The notes below the pieces were generated by a model. The model ran no database searches and had not been told where the DNA came from. It was given only the letters and a program-made list of their open reading frames with translations. A program made the position numbers and the translations under genes. DNA of 64,000 nucleotides from Escherichia coli phage phiS, in sequence record PP449093.1; one strand, 5' to 3'. Shown here piece after piece: positions 13,150 to 24,104 of this stretch (within the stretch, counting starts at the first letter, position 1; the number at the start of each line of letters is the position of its first letter).

Positions 13150-14013
13150 TTAAAATTCTCTTACAATACGTGGACCCGGTGGAGTCGGTGCAACTGGTAT
13201 TGGAATATCACTAGAATATGATTCTTTGATAGTTCCGTCCCATTCTTCTTGCTCGACGTCACGTTTAACGACCTCGTGATCCACAGATTCAAAATTACCG
13301 CTAGGATTTAATTCACGAGAATTAGCATGAAAATCAAGATAAATCGTTCTGATTTCCCCCTTAACGTCGGTAGCTGGAGGATAGATAAACCCGATGAACT
13401 CAAACATAATGGTCCACTCAAGACGACGACGAGAAAACTTATCTTCGCCTACCTGTTCATCTGGAGTAATAGAACTAATTGTGACCTGAATATCTCGATC
13501 AATCCATACATCATTACCGTGTAGTTCTTTAATCTTACAGTTAAAATGAGGCTGGAAGTAAGGAAGAATCTGTTCAATTATCTGAAACATATCATCTTCG
13601 TTACGTGTATAAATCCCCAGCTCGAAGGTAAACTTATATGGTACAGGATTATATTGTGTCACACTCCTGATACCATCAGCCGTATATTTTGGTACTGTCT
13701 TATTTGCAATATTTGTTTTAAAGTTCTGGGCGTATGTCATATCAATCAAAGAAAGACACATACGAGGTAAAATAGTTTCTACCTTTGCTACGTCTTCCTC
13801 GCTTAAGATATTGTTATATTTGTCCAGACTCATCATGAATTTTTCTTTCTTTGCGTAGGTGATAGGAACTTTAATAAAACGCTCACCGTCACTACGCACC
13901 CTTTTAATTTGTACGCCGGAGAATAAATTACCCAGCAATACAATATATCTTCTAATTGACGAATTATAGTGCCAACCGAACATTTGACCCCCTTGTTTAT
14001 GAGTATTTATCAA
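13150..14013 (-). CDS. 15: tail sheath stabilizer / tail completion protein gp15
   Basis: 287-aa ORF in the T4 gene 15 position. Confidence 0.75.
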   Translation of the reverse strand: MINTHKQGGQMFGWHYNSSIRRYIVLLGNLFSGVQIKRVRSDGERFIKVPITYAKKEKFMMSLDKYNNILSEEDVAKVETILPRMCLSLIDMTYAQNFKTNIANKTVPKYTADGIRSVTQYNPVPYKFTFELGIYTRNEDDMFQIIEQILPYFQPHFNCKIKELHGNDVWIDRDIQVTISSITPDEQVGEDKFSRRRLEWTIMFEFIGFIYPPATDVKGEIRTIYLDFHANSRELNPSGNFESVDHEVVKRDVEQEEWDGTIKESYSSDIPIPVAPTPPGPRIVREF

Positions 14014-14750
14014 AAATTAGCAAAAGGTGAACCAGTGCCATTAATAGGATCAAACGGGTCAATAAAATCTTGTCCTTCGCTTCTGAATTGCTTATCTTCT
14101 TTGTACTGATCTAAGTTGATATCTGTTAACCCGTCCAGATTAGTGATCGGTGCAAGGTCCAGATCCGCAAACTCATCAACATTAATTCCCTCATTGCGTT
14201 GTAATTCTGGTCGCAATTCCTCACCGCTATACACGAATTTCTCTGCAATAATTTTACGCATGGCATTTTTGCCAGCCTGAAAAAACGGCTGATATGGCTC
14301 TACATATGAGATTTCAAATAAATCATTGCTCATAGGAATGTAAAACAAATCACCGGATTTAGGCTCTTGGTTATCTACTTGATGTTTAAATAAATTTGGA
14401 TTTATAGTTATGGTTAACTCATCATTAGCGGTATAACCGAAAGATTGAAAGAAATTGCCAGCACCCTCATACCCATCGAAAGAATTTATGTATGCTGCAA
14501 ACTTCCACGCCTTAGTGAATTTGCTTTGCACGTCCTCCCCAAATATCATATCAGGTTTCACAAATTCTCTCGGTATGTAGTACATCTCGACGCCGCGCAT
14601 TTGTATAGACTCGGCAACCATAATATCGGCTAGAGTTTGTGTATTTGTATGTGAATTGAAATTCACATAAGGATTGAGAATTTCTGTTTGTCTAGTGTTC
14701 TCATAATCCTTCTGTGACTCCAATCTGGCAAATAATGTAGAGTCAAACAT
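14010..14750 (-). CDS. 14: neck protein gp14
   Basis: 246-aa ORF in the T4 gene 14 position. Confidence 0.75.
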   Translation of the reverse strand: MFDSTLFARLESQKDYENTRQTEILNPYVNFNSHTNTQTLADIMVAESIQMRGVEMYYIPREFVKPDMIFGEDVQSKFTKAWKFAAYINSFDGYEGAGNFFQSFGYTANDELTITINPNLFKHQVDNQEPKSGDLFYIPMSNDLFEISYVEPYQPFFQAGKNAMRKIIAEKFVYSGEELRPELQRNEGINVDEFADLDLAPITNLDGLTDINLDQYKEDKQFRSEGQDFIDPFDPINGTGSPFANF

Positions 14751-15327
14751 AATAAAACTCCTTCCATTTTTCTGCGGTTGACTTTACTCGTTTCCTCATA
14801 GAAGCGGCTGATATCCCATACTTTCTACAACATTCTTGAGTGGTTAAGTATAGAACACCTTCTGCCATAATTTTTCTTGCGCCTTTAAAATTTTCCCAAT
14901 CTCTATTTCTATTTTTTGCCGATTGACTCATTTTATTTTTAGTCTCGTCTGAGTGAGATTCTCTTTTTCGACTGGATGCTTTTTCAGATATTTTTCTTCT
15001 TGCTTCATTTTTGGTTTCTTCGTCCATGTCATCCCACAAAGAACCTCTATTCACTCCACCCAGAGCAATATTATATGTATCTTCTCTTTCTACAAATTCC
15101 TTAGTCACTATCTTTTTTTCTGCTAAAGCTAGTTCTTCTAACGTGTTGTGTGTGGAAAGAATAGTTTTTGTGAAGTTCTCTATTCCATACTTTTTTATTG
15201 CTCTTTTAATTCGTTTTCCGCTCCCCCAATAAGAATCCTTTTCTATTGGTTTTCTGGACGTTCTCATACCAACATAGACCATCCCATTTAAATTATTTGT
15301 TATTTGATATAGATAATAATATGCCAT
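14743..15327 (-). CDS. GIY-YIG homing endonuclease (Seg-like)
   Basis: N-terminal GIY-YIG motif [19 protein letters not shown]...YNIALGG; inserted between genes 14 and 13. Confidence 0.75.
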   Translation of the reverse strand: MAYYYLYQITNNLNGMVYVGMRTSRKPIEKDSYWGSGKRIKRAIKKYGIENFTKTILSTHNTLEELALAEKKIVTKEFVEREDTYNIALGGVNRGSLWDDMDEETKNEARRKISEKASSRKRESHSDETKNKMSQSAKNRNRDWENFKGARKIMAEGVLYLTTQECCRKYGISAASMRKRVKSTAEKWKEFYYV

Positions 15328-15394
15328 ATGATTCTCCTTTTTATGTTCTCGTCAGATCATACACTAACGAGAACATATTAGTCAACACATTTAA

Positions 15395-16327
15395 TCAAAT
15401 CATGAGGATGCCGAACGGAGGATCTAATAATTCTAGTTCTTGTCGCAATTTCTCAATGTCGGCTCGTGCTTCTTCAATGATTCGGATACCATCAACAGTG
15501 ACACCACCGGGTAATTGCAGACCTTGATGTTTAGCCATGATGGACCCCCAAACCTCCTTAGTGAAGGCGGTGGCCATATCTTTCACCCAACGGTTATTAT
15601 ATGCGCCCTGCTTGTTCTCACTGATCGGTCCCATGCCAGCAACAATCCCGCTTAAACCAGCAGTTGGGTTATCATAAACGGCGCTAATCCCGCCAGCGGT
15701 AGAACATCCTCCCGCATGAGCATAACCAGCAACCGCACCGATCATATCAGGAACGTCTATATAGCTTTTAACATATAATTCAACAACAATGAGATCACCT
15801 TCTCGGAAGTTTCCTGTAATCTTAAGTTGTCCGTTTGCGCTATTATACCAATAATCTGGAAGCGGATTGAGCATATTTTGCATAGTTGCGCGATAGCTCA
15901 TAAGCTGTTCGAAATATCCCAGATCACCGCCCATTGCATTTGGACCATAAAATTTACTACAGCCAGATCCTAAACCGCCATTTACACCCGCTAAACCCAA
16001 CAGAAAGTCAGTAAACCACGGATAAACGGCAGTGCCATCCATCGTAGCCGCGCTACCTACGTTTGTTCGAATTATTTTAGTTACTGCGAATACTCCAGAA
16101 TCGCTTAAATCAAATACCCCGTGTTGCGCTTGCTCTGCACTAACACGAAATACTTTATATCCTTTATTCACACCATCGAAATGATATTCCCCATAGAGTT
16201 CTAGTGCTCTCTGAATACAATCGTAAATCTGGTCTTCTGTGACTTCTACGTTAATTACTGGTGCGCCTAAACGACGCAGAATAGCGTCTTTTAATTCTCT
16301 TGGGTTATTGGTTACATATCCTGACAT
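15395..16327 (-). CDS. 13: neck protein gp13
   Basis: 310-aa ORF; T4 gp13 size and position. Confidence 0.75.
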   Translation of the reverse strand: MSGYVTNNPRELKDAILRRLGAPVINVEVTEDQIYDCIQRALELYGEYHFDGVNKGYKVFRVSAEQAQHGVFDLSDSGVFAVTKIIRTNVGSAATMDGTAVYPWFTDFLLGLAGVNGGLGSGCSKFYGPNAMGGDLGYFEQLMSYRATMQNMLNPLPDYWYNSANGQLKITGNFREGDLIVVELYVKSYIDVPDMIGAVAGYAHAGGCSTAGGISAVYDNPTAGLSGIVAGMGPISENKQGAYNNRWVKDMATAFTKEVWGSIMAKHQGLQLPGGVTVDGIRIIEEARADIEKLRQELELLDPPFGILMI

Positions 16328-16341
16328 AATATCACCTATAA

Positions 16342-16366
16342 ACGGAAAAGGGGCTTAACGCCCCTT
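16342..16366 (-). terminator. hairpin/terminator-like element between wac and gene 13
   Basis: Inverted repeat AGGGGCGTTAAGCCCCT followed by TTTT on the minus strand. Confidence 0.4.
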
Positions 16367-16373
16367 TAATTTC

Positions 16374-18143
16374 TTATACCGGAGAAATTCCAAAGAGGAA
16401 CTCTTTAATTTGTAGCTGTTGCGCTAATGCTTCTTCGGATACGCCCTTAATGCGAATATCGATCCGGTCGCCCTTTTCAATATTTAGGAAAGCACTGGTA
16501 GAATAGCTAATTAAATCATCAGGTCCATAATGACCATTTCGTACCTCATGTACAATCAGACCATTTTTAGCAATACCGACTACGAAAGTAGCGTTATGTG
16601 CCGCATTTACAGAACAACGGAAATCACAACGGAATAAGCCTTTGTCGTTAACCGTAACAAGAGATTCGCTCTTAACCATTCCACGCGCAGGAACTTCTTC
16701 GGTCATATCGTTTAGCGGGATTCCTTTGTATTGATCTTGTCCGTCGAGAGTAATATCAATCTGAGCGGTGTTTTTAAATGCACCAGCCGCCCATGCGACC
16801 TGAACCCATTCCCCGTGCTTACGTAGATAATGGAAACCATCATCAGGAACGTCTGTTACCTTGCTTGCATTTGATGTGCTCAATTCCTTAACAGTTTTCA
16901 CGATCCCATCTTGTTCAAGCTGCGTGCTTCCTTCTGGATTGCCGTACATGTCGCTTGACAGCTTAATAACCCCGGCGGTTAGACCGGAATCTCGATCTCC
17001 GATCATTTGCTCGATATCCTGTACGCTAGCTTCTAGTCGTCCCTGTGTATTTTCTACAATTTTTAGACGACCTGCGATAGTATGACGCTCACTATCAGTA
17101 CCAACTGTGTTAGAGATTCGTGCAACCTCACCACGTAGACCATCAGCACCACTAACACCGACAATAGATTTAAGATCTACAAATTCCCGTTCTTGATTAG
17201 TCAATCGATAATCAATACTTCCAGCGGCTTGAGGACTGCCAATCGTATTTTCCAGAAGAGTTAAACGAGGACGGATACCAGCGTCAACCCCGTTGACTTC
17301 ATCATTAAGCTGTGTATAATCAGATTGTAGCTTAGTTACTTTAGTACCGATATCAGGAATTGATTCAAATAGAATCGCTTTCTTTACTTCCTGAACTTCG
17401 TTTGATATACTAGCGATATTGCGAGTATTTGTGCGAAGACGAAGATAAACATTGTCCTGTGTTGCTAGTGATGTGTCGCCTAGCTCGCTTCGCATTTTGT
17501 TAACTTGTTCTGTTAGCTCTCCAACGTCAGAATCTTGCCAGTCGTTTTCTAGTTGGCGGATTCGCTGACCGTGGTTGTTTAATGCTTCCGTATTCTGGAT
17601 AACTCGATATTTGATACCGGAACCGGAACTACCCGGATCTGGAGAGCCGTTGATATTGAAGTTAGGGAAAGCGCCCAATTCTTGTTTGATGAAAGAAATA
17701 TCATCATATATTGTTCGTGTACTCGGATCTGCTGCCGGACGAACACCAATTTTCTTTCCTGTCTCTGCCAGTTCATCTACTGTGGTTTGTAATGTCCTTG
17801 AAGTTTCTCCTAAATTTTCTTCTACAGACTCAACCTTTGAAATAGTTTGATTGACAATATCAATAATACTACCATCAGCAACCGCGCCTAAAGTAGTTTT
17901 AATATCATTAACTGCTGTAACAACTTCGTTAACTTTTGTTACCGTTGTCTTAGAATTTTCATCCAGACGAACAATATTTTCTTGAATAGCATAAGGGGCG
18001 CGGTTAAGCGTCCCCTCATGTCCTGTTTCTGTGGTTGCTGCGCTTAGACATTCACCATTTTTAATCCAGCTAATAGAATGCTGTCCCTCTCCAGGGACAC
18101 CATCGACGTTAGGGATCTTTCGAATGTTTAACTGTTCGATCAT
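16374..18143 (-). CDS. wac: fibritin (whisker antigen control, wac) with extended C-terminal domain
   Basis: N-terminus NVDGVPGEGQHSISWIKNGE matches recalled T4 fibritin; foldon-like DGFHYLRKHGEWVQV near residue 440; about 140 extra C-terminal residues not present in T4 wac. Confidence 0.8.
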   Translation of the reverse strand: MIEQLNIRKIPNVDGVPGEGQHSISWIKNGECLSAATTETGHEGTLNRAPYAIQENIVRLDENSKTTVTKVNEVVTAVNDIKTTLGAVADGSIIDIVNQTISKVESVEENLGETSRTLQTTVDELAETGKKIGVRPAADPSTRTIYDDISFIKQELGAFPNFNINGSPDPGSSGSGIKYRVIQNTEALNNHGQRIRQLENDWQDSDVGELTEQVNKMRSELGDTSLATQDNVYLRLRTNTRNIASISNEVQEVKKAILFESIPDIGTKVTKLQSDYTQLNDEVNGVDAGIRPRLTLLENTIGSPQAAGSIDYRLTNQEREFVDLKSIVGVSGADGLRGEVARISNTVGTDSERHTIAGRLKIVENTQGRLEASVQDIEQMIGDRDSGLTAGVIKLSSDMYGNPEGSTQLEQDGIVKTVKELSTSNASKVTDVPDDGFHYLRKHGEWVQVAWAAGAFKNTAQIDITLDGQDQYKGIPLNDMTEEVPARGMVKSESLVTVNDKGLFRCDFRCSVNAAHNATFVVGIAKNGLIVHEVRNGHYGPDDLISYSTSAFLNIEKGDRIDIRIKGVSEEALAQQLQIKEFLFGISPV

Positions 18144-19546
18144 TATTGTACCCTTATCATGTAGTTTAATGCAAGGCTTTTAACGCGAGTTTCGCCAGAC
18201 GTTCTAACCTGTCTTGCGCTGTCAAAGTTAACAATACTACCCCAATCATCACCACCACCGTTTTTATAGTTCGTGCTCCATTGACCACCTGTGATGGAAA
18301 ATGCACCACCAGTCCAACCGCGCCAACGGTTAGCTACAGGGAAGTTACCTGTCATATGTTGCATGGTGTCGTCTTGATAAGTACCAAATCCACGACCTGG
18401 GTCTAGTCCTCGACCGTGGTCGCATCCTCTAGCAACAAGCCCTCGCATATCGGGTAGAGCAAAGTTGTCTCCGCCATCTCCGCCGTAAGTGAAACCGATT
18501 CGTGAAAATAATACTGGATATTGGTGTTTATTTAACCATTGACCGTTACAGATTTTGAATTGTGCGTGGTCGAAACTGTTAAATGCTGTAAGAATGATGC
18601 CACCAATAGGCATACAAAGACCATCCAGTTCATTTTTAATGATAAACTGGTTTCCGTCGCCTCCGCTATGACGATACACATCACCAGTAACGACACCACC
18701 ACTTAGAGGCAATACACGAGCATTTGCCGACAGTGCTGTGTTTGCCTCGCCTGATCCTGGGTTATCTGTTAGCTTAACAACACCGAATTGTCCAGTGGTT
18801 GCTTTAGTGTTCGCAAATTTTTGTGCTGATACTACTACTGTGTTGTCATTGCCGTCAATCATTTGTTGGGATGAGGCAATTTTAACAGTACCCGCCTGAT
18901 TTTCATTGGCTCTTGCGTTGGAAAATGCATATGGACTAACGGCAAATCCTTCTCTGATAGTACCAGCAAGCGTTTGTTGGCTTGTCGCCAGTCTAACTAA
19001 ACCCTCACGGGACTCGGTCGCCGTGTTTTGTTCTGGAATCAACCCAGGAACAATCTGAGCAATAGCAGCGTGCATCTTTTTAGGCGTTACTGCCATAGTG
19101 TCATCGCTACCTATTTTTGCCGCATCCATAGAACAGATTTTAATTGTACCCTGTACGGTTTCCGTTGCTTTCTTGTTCTCGAATACATGGGTTAATGTAT
19201 CAGGACCAATTGCAATATTTGGAGTATCGCCCATAGCTTCATCGTTATTAGCATAGCGAGTGATCCCTTTGACAAGTTTTGTTGCGTCCGGTCTTGACAG
19301 CTTAACAGCCAATGTTTTTGGGGTAACAATTTTAGTTCCATCCAACCCATCATCTACTTCTTGTTGAGTAGCAATTTCAGCAATACCCGCTGTTTCTTCG
19401 GTTGCCGTTGGAAGACCTGCAATCGCAAATCCCTGAATAGCGGCTAATGCCGCTTGTACGTTTTTTATATTGCTAGGCCAATTTCCGGTAGGGTCAAACT
19501 TAACATACTGTGCATCGTCTTTTACGTGATTAATAGTGTTATTCAT
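18143..19546 (-). CDS. 12: short tail fiber protein gp12
   Basis: 467-aa ORF in the T4 gene 12 position between wac and 11. Confidence 0.7.
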   Translation of the reverse strand: MNNTINHVKDDAQYVKFDPTGNWPSNIKNVQAALAAIQGFAIAGLPTATEETAGIAEIATQQEVDDGLDGTKIVTPKTLAVKLSRPDATKLVKGITRYANNDEAMGDTPNIAIGPDTLTHVFENKKATETVQGTIKICSMDAAKIGSDDTMAVTPKKMHAAIAQIVPGLIPEQNTATESREGLVRLATSQQTLAGTIREGFAVSPYAFSNARANENQAGTVKIASSQQMIDGNDNTVVVSAQKFANTKATTGQFGVVKLTDNPGSGEANTALSANARVLPLSGGVVTGDVYRHSGGDGNQFIIKNELDGLCMPIGGIILTAFNSFDHAQFKICNGQWLNKHQYPVLFSRIGFTYGGDGGDNFALPDMRGLVARGCDHGRGLDPGRGFGTYQDDTMQHMTGNFPVANRWRGWTGGAFSITGGQWSTNYKNGGGDDWGSIVNFDSARQVRTSGETRVKSLALNYMIRVQ

Positions 19547-19557
19547 AATTTTACACC

Positions 19558-20202
19558 TTACGCAATACGCTTAAAATAAAATAGTGTTGAATCAAATTTT
19601 TCTTCCGTTCCCAATCTGGACCATGCACCATAACCATAACGAGCAGGGGAATTTATTTCCCCACGAACGCTAATACCATATTTTTCTACGACCGTTGCTT
19701 CGTGTGCGTTTGAATCAATATACTGAATCTCTATTTTATCATTACCAGTGCCTTTCCGCTCAACTTTAGAGAATAAGATACTTTTGTCTTTCAATTCAGT
19801 AAATTTTGTTGTGACCATTTCGCATAATGCAACATTCGATGTTCCAACATTAACAACAAATGGATAACCCAAAACTTCAATTACAACTTTTGTCGCGGCT
19901 GGATCGTGTTTATTTGTTACCGTTCCAGTGAAAGAAAGAGTTTCTATTTGTCCCGCCGCTTCCGGTGGAGTTGAATTTGTAGTTACCAATACATCACCGA
20001 CATTAAGCATAGAAATGCTATACAAATCATCAATGGCTGATTGTACGTTGTTAATAAAAGAACCTTTGCGAGATTGGTCTACGTTTAATCCACCAATTGG
20101 GCGAATGTCACCAATAATGGGGTCTTTCGACCCCGGATCGTATGAAATGAATGCTGCGTCGCTAGAAAATACGCTTGCTTTAGAACGTGTTTTAGAAATC
20201 AT
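19558..20202 (-). CDS. 11: baseplate wedge protein gp11
   Basis: 214-aa ORF; T4 gp11 size (219 aa) and synteny. Confidence 0.65.
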   Translation of the reverse strand: MISKTRSKASVFSSDAAFISYDPGSKDPIIGDIRPIGGLNVDQSRKGSFINNVQSAIDDLYSISMLNVGDVLVTTNSTPPEAAGQIETLSFTGTVTNKHDPAATKVVIEVLGYPFVVNVGTSNVALCEMVTTKFTELKDKSILFSKVERKGTGNDKIEIQYIDSNAHEATVVEKYGISVRGEINSPARYGYGAWSRLGTEEKFDSTLFYFKRIA

Positions 20203-20203
20203 A

Positions 20204-22006
20204 TTAACCTACCCTTAACCAGCGATGAACGGTACGATATGGAGGAAGAATACCCATCATTGATGGATCAGCATTTCCAGAATTAACTTTTACGATATCC
20301 TCTCTATATTTCGTAAACGCTGGACCTGCCGCATCAGGATCAACTTGACAACCACCAATGATAATTGACCCTGTATCGTCTTTCACCAAAACACGATCGC
20401 TGGATTGTAATTCAGGAATCATATCTTTCTTGATTTGATAGGCAACTTCACCACCAGTACCACCAGCGGTGTGTGTAGGTTGTCCATGAATATCAAGATC
20501 GTTATTGTTTAATGCAAAATTCTGGTCGCTGGCATCAGAAGACCAACCAGCAAGAAATTCTCCTTCCGCATACCGAACCCAGATACCAATACCCATATAT
20601 GTCGCTGGGTTAGCTGGGTTATGTGCGTTTTCGTATATCGTGCCGATCGGATGGAAAATATCAAACAGTGCATATATATCCATAATTCGACCTGAATACT
20701 CTTCTGCCGGACGAGTGTTTTTCTGGCTAGGATTCTGGAAGTCGGTATATTCAATTTGTTTTGTTAAATTAACTTCGTCTTCGTTATTGAGATAAATCTT
20801 GTCTGCTTTTTCTTTAATTCCGCCGACACCATCCCATTCTAATAGAGTTCCGATATCGTTATTAAACCAACGAATTGTTATAGTATCTCTATTGTCCAAC
20901 GCTTTAGCTAATTTAATCCCTGTTACAATGCTATTCTCATCAAATACCAGTGAATAATCTTCTCCAGACTGTACCCACTGACCGCCAGCAAGTGCGCAAC
21001 TCTCTTCGGTTTCTCCGTCAGCACCTTCACAAACAAACGAAGGAAGATCAGCATCACCAGCTTTAATCATTTGAGTACCATTTATTAATAACTCAAATGA
21101 ATTTGGGTTAATTATATCACGTTTACTAACTCCCAAATCAGCATTGGTAAATTCTTTTTTCGTCGATAAATCACCTACCCACACTTCACCCGGAATAGTT
21201 TCTAGTGCTGTCATTCCGGTATCATACACTCTAATTGTGTGTGTGATATAACTAGATCGGAATGATGCAATTCCGTCCATATATGTAATAATTTGAACGG
21301 TGTCCCCAGCCGAACAAGGAAAACGAAGTTTTATGCTTTTGCCATCAAGTTCAACAAGTGATCCATCCTCACCAATTGAACCGTAGTTAGAGTCATTACT
21401 AAAAGACTTGCCATAATATAAAAGGTTTCCTCGATAATATACTTCAACATTTCGAGTGTTATATGTGTTAGAACCAAATACATTAGGGAAATCTGTTTGC
21501 CCTTCTGTGGCAATATAAACTTCCTTAGCTACTGTGCTTAGGTCAGACGTGGTGATCGTGTCAACTCGCTTGTTTTCGATATATTCCCAGCGTCCAGGCG
21601 CACAATAAACCAGTTCAACATCCATAAAATCTTTATACAACTCACGGTCGATTGGAGATCCCTTAATGGTATCACCTTGTGCTGGCTTCAATGTTACGTT
21701 ATGTGCAGCCCATGAGCGCCAAACATCACGAAGTTTAATTGTTTTATTGTAATCACTCGCGCTTCCTTTAGGCAATTCAACAGAAACAGCGTTGTTCGTT
21801 GTATTAATTGCCCATGCATCACCAAAATTTGGTTTTAATACTGGTTGTGTGTGAGTTTTCCACGCGCCGGATGCATGGGGGATATCACCGTCCCCCAGCT
21901 TAGTATAAAGTTCAGAAAAGTTGTCATTAATCTTTTGACCGCCTTTTCTTAGATAATCACCTGTACCGTCATCAACAACGTTACCGATATTAATTAATTG
22001 TTTCAT
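20204..22006 (-). CDS. 10: baseplate wedge protein gp10
   Basis: 600-aa ORF; T4 gp10 size (602 aa) and synteny. Confidence 0.7.
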   Translation of the reverse strand: MKQLINIGNVVDDGTGDYLRKGGQKINDNFSELYTKLGDGDIPHASGAWKTHTQPVLKPNFGDAWAINTTNNAVSVELPKGSASDYNKTIKLRDVWRSWAAHNVTLKPAQGDTIKGSPIDRELYKDFMDVELVYCAPGRWEYIENKRVDTITTSDLSTVAKEVYIATEGQTDFPNVFGSNTYNTRNVEVYYRGNLLYYGKSFSNDSNYGSIGEDGSLVELDGKSIKLRFPCSAGDTVQIITYMDGIASFRSSYITHTIRVYDTGMTALETIPGEVWVGDLSTKKEFTNADLGVSKRDIINPNSFELLINGTQMIKAGDADLPSFVCEGADGETEESCALAGGQWVQSGEDYSLVFDENSIVTGIKLAKALDNRDTITIRWFNNDIGTLLEWDGVGGIKEKADKIYLNNEDEVNLTKQIEYTDFQNPSQKNTRPAEEYSGRIMDIYALFDIFHPIGTIYENAHNPANPATYMGIGIWVRYAEGEFLAGWSSDASDQNFALNNNDLDIHGQPTHTAGGTGGEVAYQIKKDMIPELQSSDRVLVKDDTGSIIIGGCQVDPDAAGPAFTKYREDIVKVNSGNADPSMMGILPPYRTVHRWLRVG

Positions 22007-22857
22007 GTAGCAACCCCGATTTTAATAGTGTCTACGGCTTTAACTGCTAAACGAATATTTTCGCCAGTAGCCTTATACTCTGCATATACTTTATCGCCGG
22101 AACCGATGAAATAACGAACTTTGTATAGCTCATCTTCTGTCTTCTGCAAAACTGCATATTCCGTCGCATAAACTTTTCCGGCTTTAGAATCAATCATCAG
22201 TAGCGTTTCACTTGAACGCATTTTTGAACCGGATGTATTGCTAGCGGTAGTTAATAATTTGATGGAAACGTATTCTGTTTTTGCGGCAATAGCAACGTTT
22301 GTTGCTACTCCAGTTACGTTAACTGTTTTATCTAATGGCATTGTTGTATCGGTAAACATACTTTCGATACCCAATCGCCATGTTACGCGACTACCTTCAA
22401 CGGCAGTACACCAAACAGTGACTTTTGAGAAAGGTTGAGTTATTACCGCGTCACCTGAATACCCGCTAATAGAATCACCTGCTTGAGTTCGAATATTGAG
22501 CGGTGTCGTCGTTGAAAAGCTACCGTTACTATTTATGAATACAACACCCTCACCAACCTTTGCTTTAGGTAGAATAGCAATAAGTGCGCCTTGAGTTGTA
22601 TCGATATCGTGTAGACTCCCAATCTCAACAGCGGAACCAGCGTAGCTTTGACGTGGATGTTTCTGATAGTATCCGGTTGCATGAATAACCATTCTTCCCA
22701 CGCCGTGGTCTATGTCTTTAAACCGTTGATCAGCGAATGCGTCATAGATTGAATCAAAGTTATCGTTAATTTTATTACCGCCATCATATAAGATATCGCC
22801 AGTCGATGGATTGCCGACAGTACCTGTGTCTATTCTTTTCTTTGGAACTTGTGCCAT
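22003..22857 (-). CDS. 9: baseplate wedge / long-tail-fiber socket protein gp9
   Basis: 284-aa ORF; T4 gp9 size (288 aa) and synteny. Confidence 0.7.
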   Translation of the reverse strand: MAQVPKKRIDTGTVGNPSTGDILYDGGNKINDNFDSIYDAFADQRFKDIDHGVGRMVIHATGYYQKHPRQSYAGSAVEIGSLHDIDTTQGALIAILPKAKVGEGVVFINSNGSFSTTTPLNIRTQAGDSISGYSGDAVITQPFSKVTVWCTAVEGSRVTWRLGIESMFTDTTMPLDKTVNVTGVATNVAIAAKTEYVSIKLLTTASNTSGSKMRSSETLLMIDSKAGKVYATEYAVLQKTEDELYKVRYFIGSGDKVYAEYKATGENIRLAVKAVDTIKIGVAT

Positions 22858-22884
22858 TGTTTAATTCCTCATGTTATGATGTAT

Positions 22885-22892
22885 TATTTATA
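22885..22892 (-). promoter_or_regulatory. T4-type late promoter (TATAAATA) for gene 9
   Basis: TATAAATA on the minus strand about 30 nt upstream of the gp9 ATG, just downstream of a terminator. Confidence 0.5.
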
Positions 22893-22900
22893 AAATACAT

Positions 22901-22928
22901 ACAAAAAAGCCGCCCACAAGGACGGCTT
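22901..22928 (-). terminator. Rho-independent terminator after the methyltransferase gene
   Basis: Hairpin AAGCCGTCCTTGTGGGCGGCTT followed by TTTTTTGT on the minus strand. Confidence 0.55.
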
Positions 22929-22932
22929 ATAA

Positions 22933-23772
22933 TTAAATGTCAAACAAATCTGAGAGCGTCCCAGACTCGCTTTCCTGTTTCGGTAAGGTAATATCCTTAC
23001 TTTCTTCTATTTGTTCGTTAGGACGTGATTTAGGCGCTTCTACGGCTTCTTTCTCGTAATACCGAACCTCAACCACTTCTGTTAAAACGTTGGTACTATG
23101 CCATTCATCGCGATAGATTGATGTATCGATCCCGCATCCGGCGTAAGTCACCAAACCAGTTTGTTTGCTCCATTTTAGATATTTATTAGACTTCACTGAT
23201 TCATCATAATAAGGTCTGCCGGAATAAGCAAACCCAGCGGAACTAGCAGGAACAATAAAATAACCTACATCGGCAAACTTCTGGCCTAACGTCATAACCT
23301 TAAATTCAAACTCACCGCCAGTATATTCAAATACATCCTTTGTGTCTGTAGTATTGATTTTACCGAAAGGTGGATTGCTGATCACCACATCGAATTTTTC
23401 GTTTGACTCAAATTCGAATACATCGCTGGTGATCCATTCTGCCTCCGGTAATAGTCGCTTGCCAATCAGCGCAAATTCTGGATTGAGTTCGACGCATACG
23501 ATCTTTTCTGGCTTACAACGATGTAACATACAAAAAGATAAGCGACCGATCCCCGCACAAAGATCTAATACTTTTCCGGTGCAATATGCATCAATGGTAA
23601 AATCCCAGGCAAGCCATTCTGGGGTAAAGAATGCACCGGAACCACCTAGTCCATCGCCATGATAGTTGTTATAGCAAAATTCTTTTTCTTCAAATGTCAA
23701 TGGACGATCTGAATTAATCAACTCCATCACCCGATCGTGTAATTTTTGTTCTTGTTTAGAAAGTCGTGCCAT
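22933..23772 (-). CDS. SAM-dependent amino-methyltransferase (probable DNA N6-adenine or N4-cytosine MTase)
   Basis: Motif I-like VLDLCAGIGRLS and motif IV ISNPPFGKI; inserted between genes 9 and 8. Confidence 0.65.
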   Translation of the reverse strand: MARLSKQEQKLHDRVMELINSDRPLTFEEKEFCYNNYHGDGLGGSGAFFTPEWLAWDFTIDAYCTGKVLDLCAGIGRLSFCMLHRCKPEKIVCVELNPEFALIGKRLLPEAEWITSDVFEFESNEKFDVVISNPPFGKINTTDTKDVFEYTGGEFEFKVMTLGQKFADVGYFIVPASSAGFAYSGRPYYDESVKSNKYLKWSKQTGLVTYAGCGIDTSIYRDEWHSTNVLTEVVEVRYYEKEAVEAPKSRPNEQIEESKDITLPKQESESGTLSDLFDI

Positions 23773-24104
23773 TATTTAACCTTTGCTGTGACGGTAACGC
23801 TATGTCCCAAATAAACATGAGACATAAAGAACACAAAGTTTTTAAATTGCGGATTCTTACGAATCCATCGTTTCAATTTTCGAATGCAAGTTATACGATG
23901 GTCATAATTAGAATAACTAAATTCAATACCCTGTTTCATCATCTCGTGCATTTCTTCGTATGTGTGCCATTGGTTATCATGTTTACAAAACCAATGAGTA
24001 CCATAGAGTTTAGGATCTTGTGCACGTAGACCATAGTAATGCTTTTGCATTGGGAACTTAGCTTTATTCATTGTGTAGTGCAATTTAATATTTACGCGTG
24101 CCAT
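23772..24104 (-). CDS. hypothetical protein (110 aa)
   Basis: ORF with start overlapping the MTase gene; His/Trp-rich; no recognisable motif. Confidence 0.5.
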   Translation of the reverse strand: MARVNIKLHYTMNKAKFPMQKHYYGLRAQDPKLYGTHWFCKHDNQWHTYEEMHEMMKQGIEFSYSNYDHRITCIRKLKRWIRKNPQFKNFVFFMSHVYLGHSVTVTAKVK

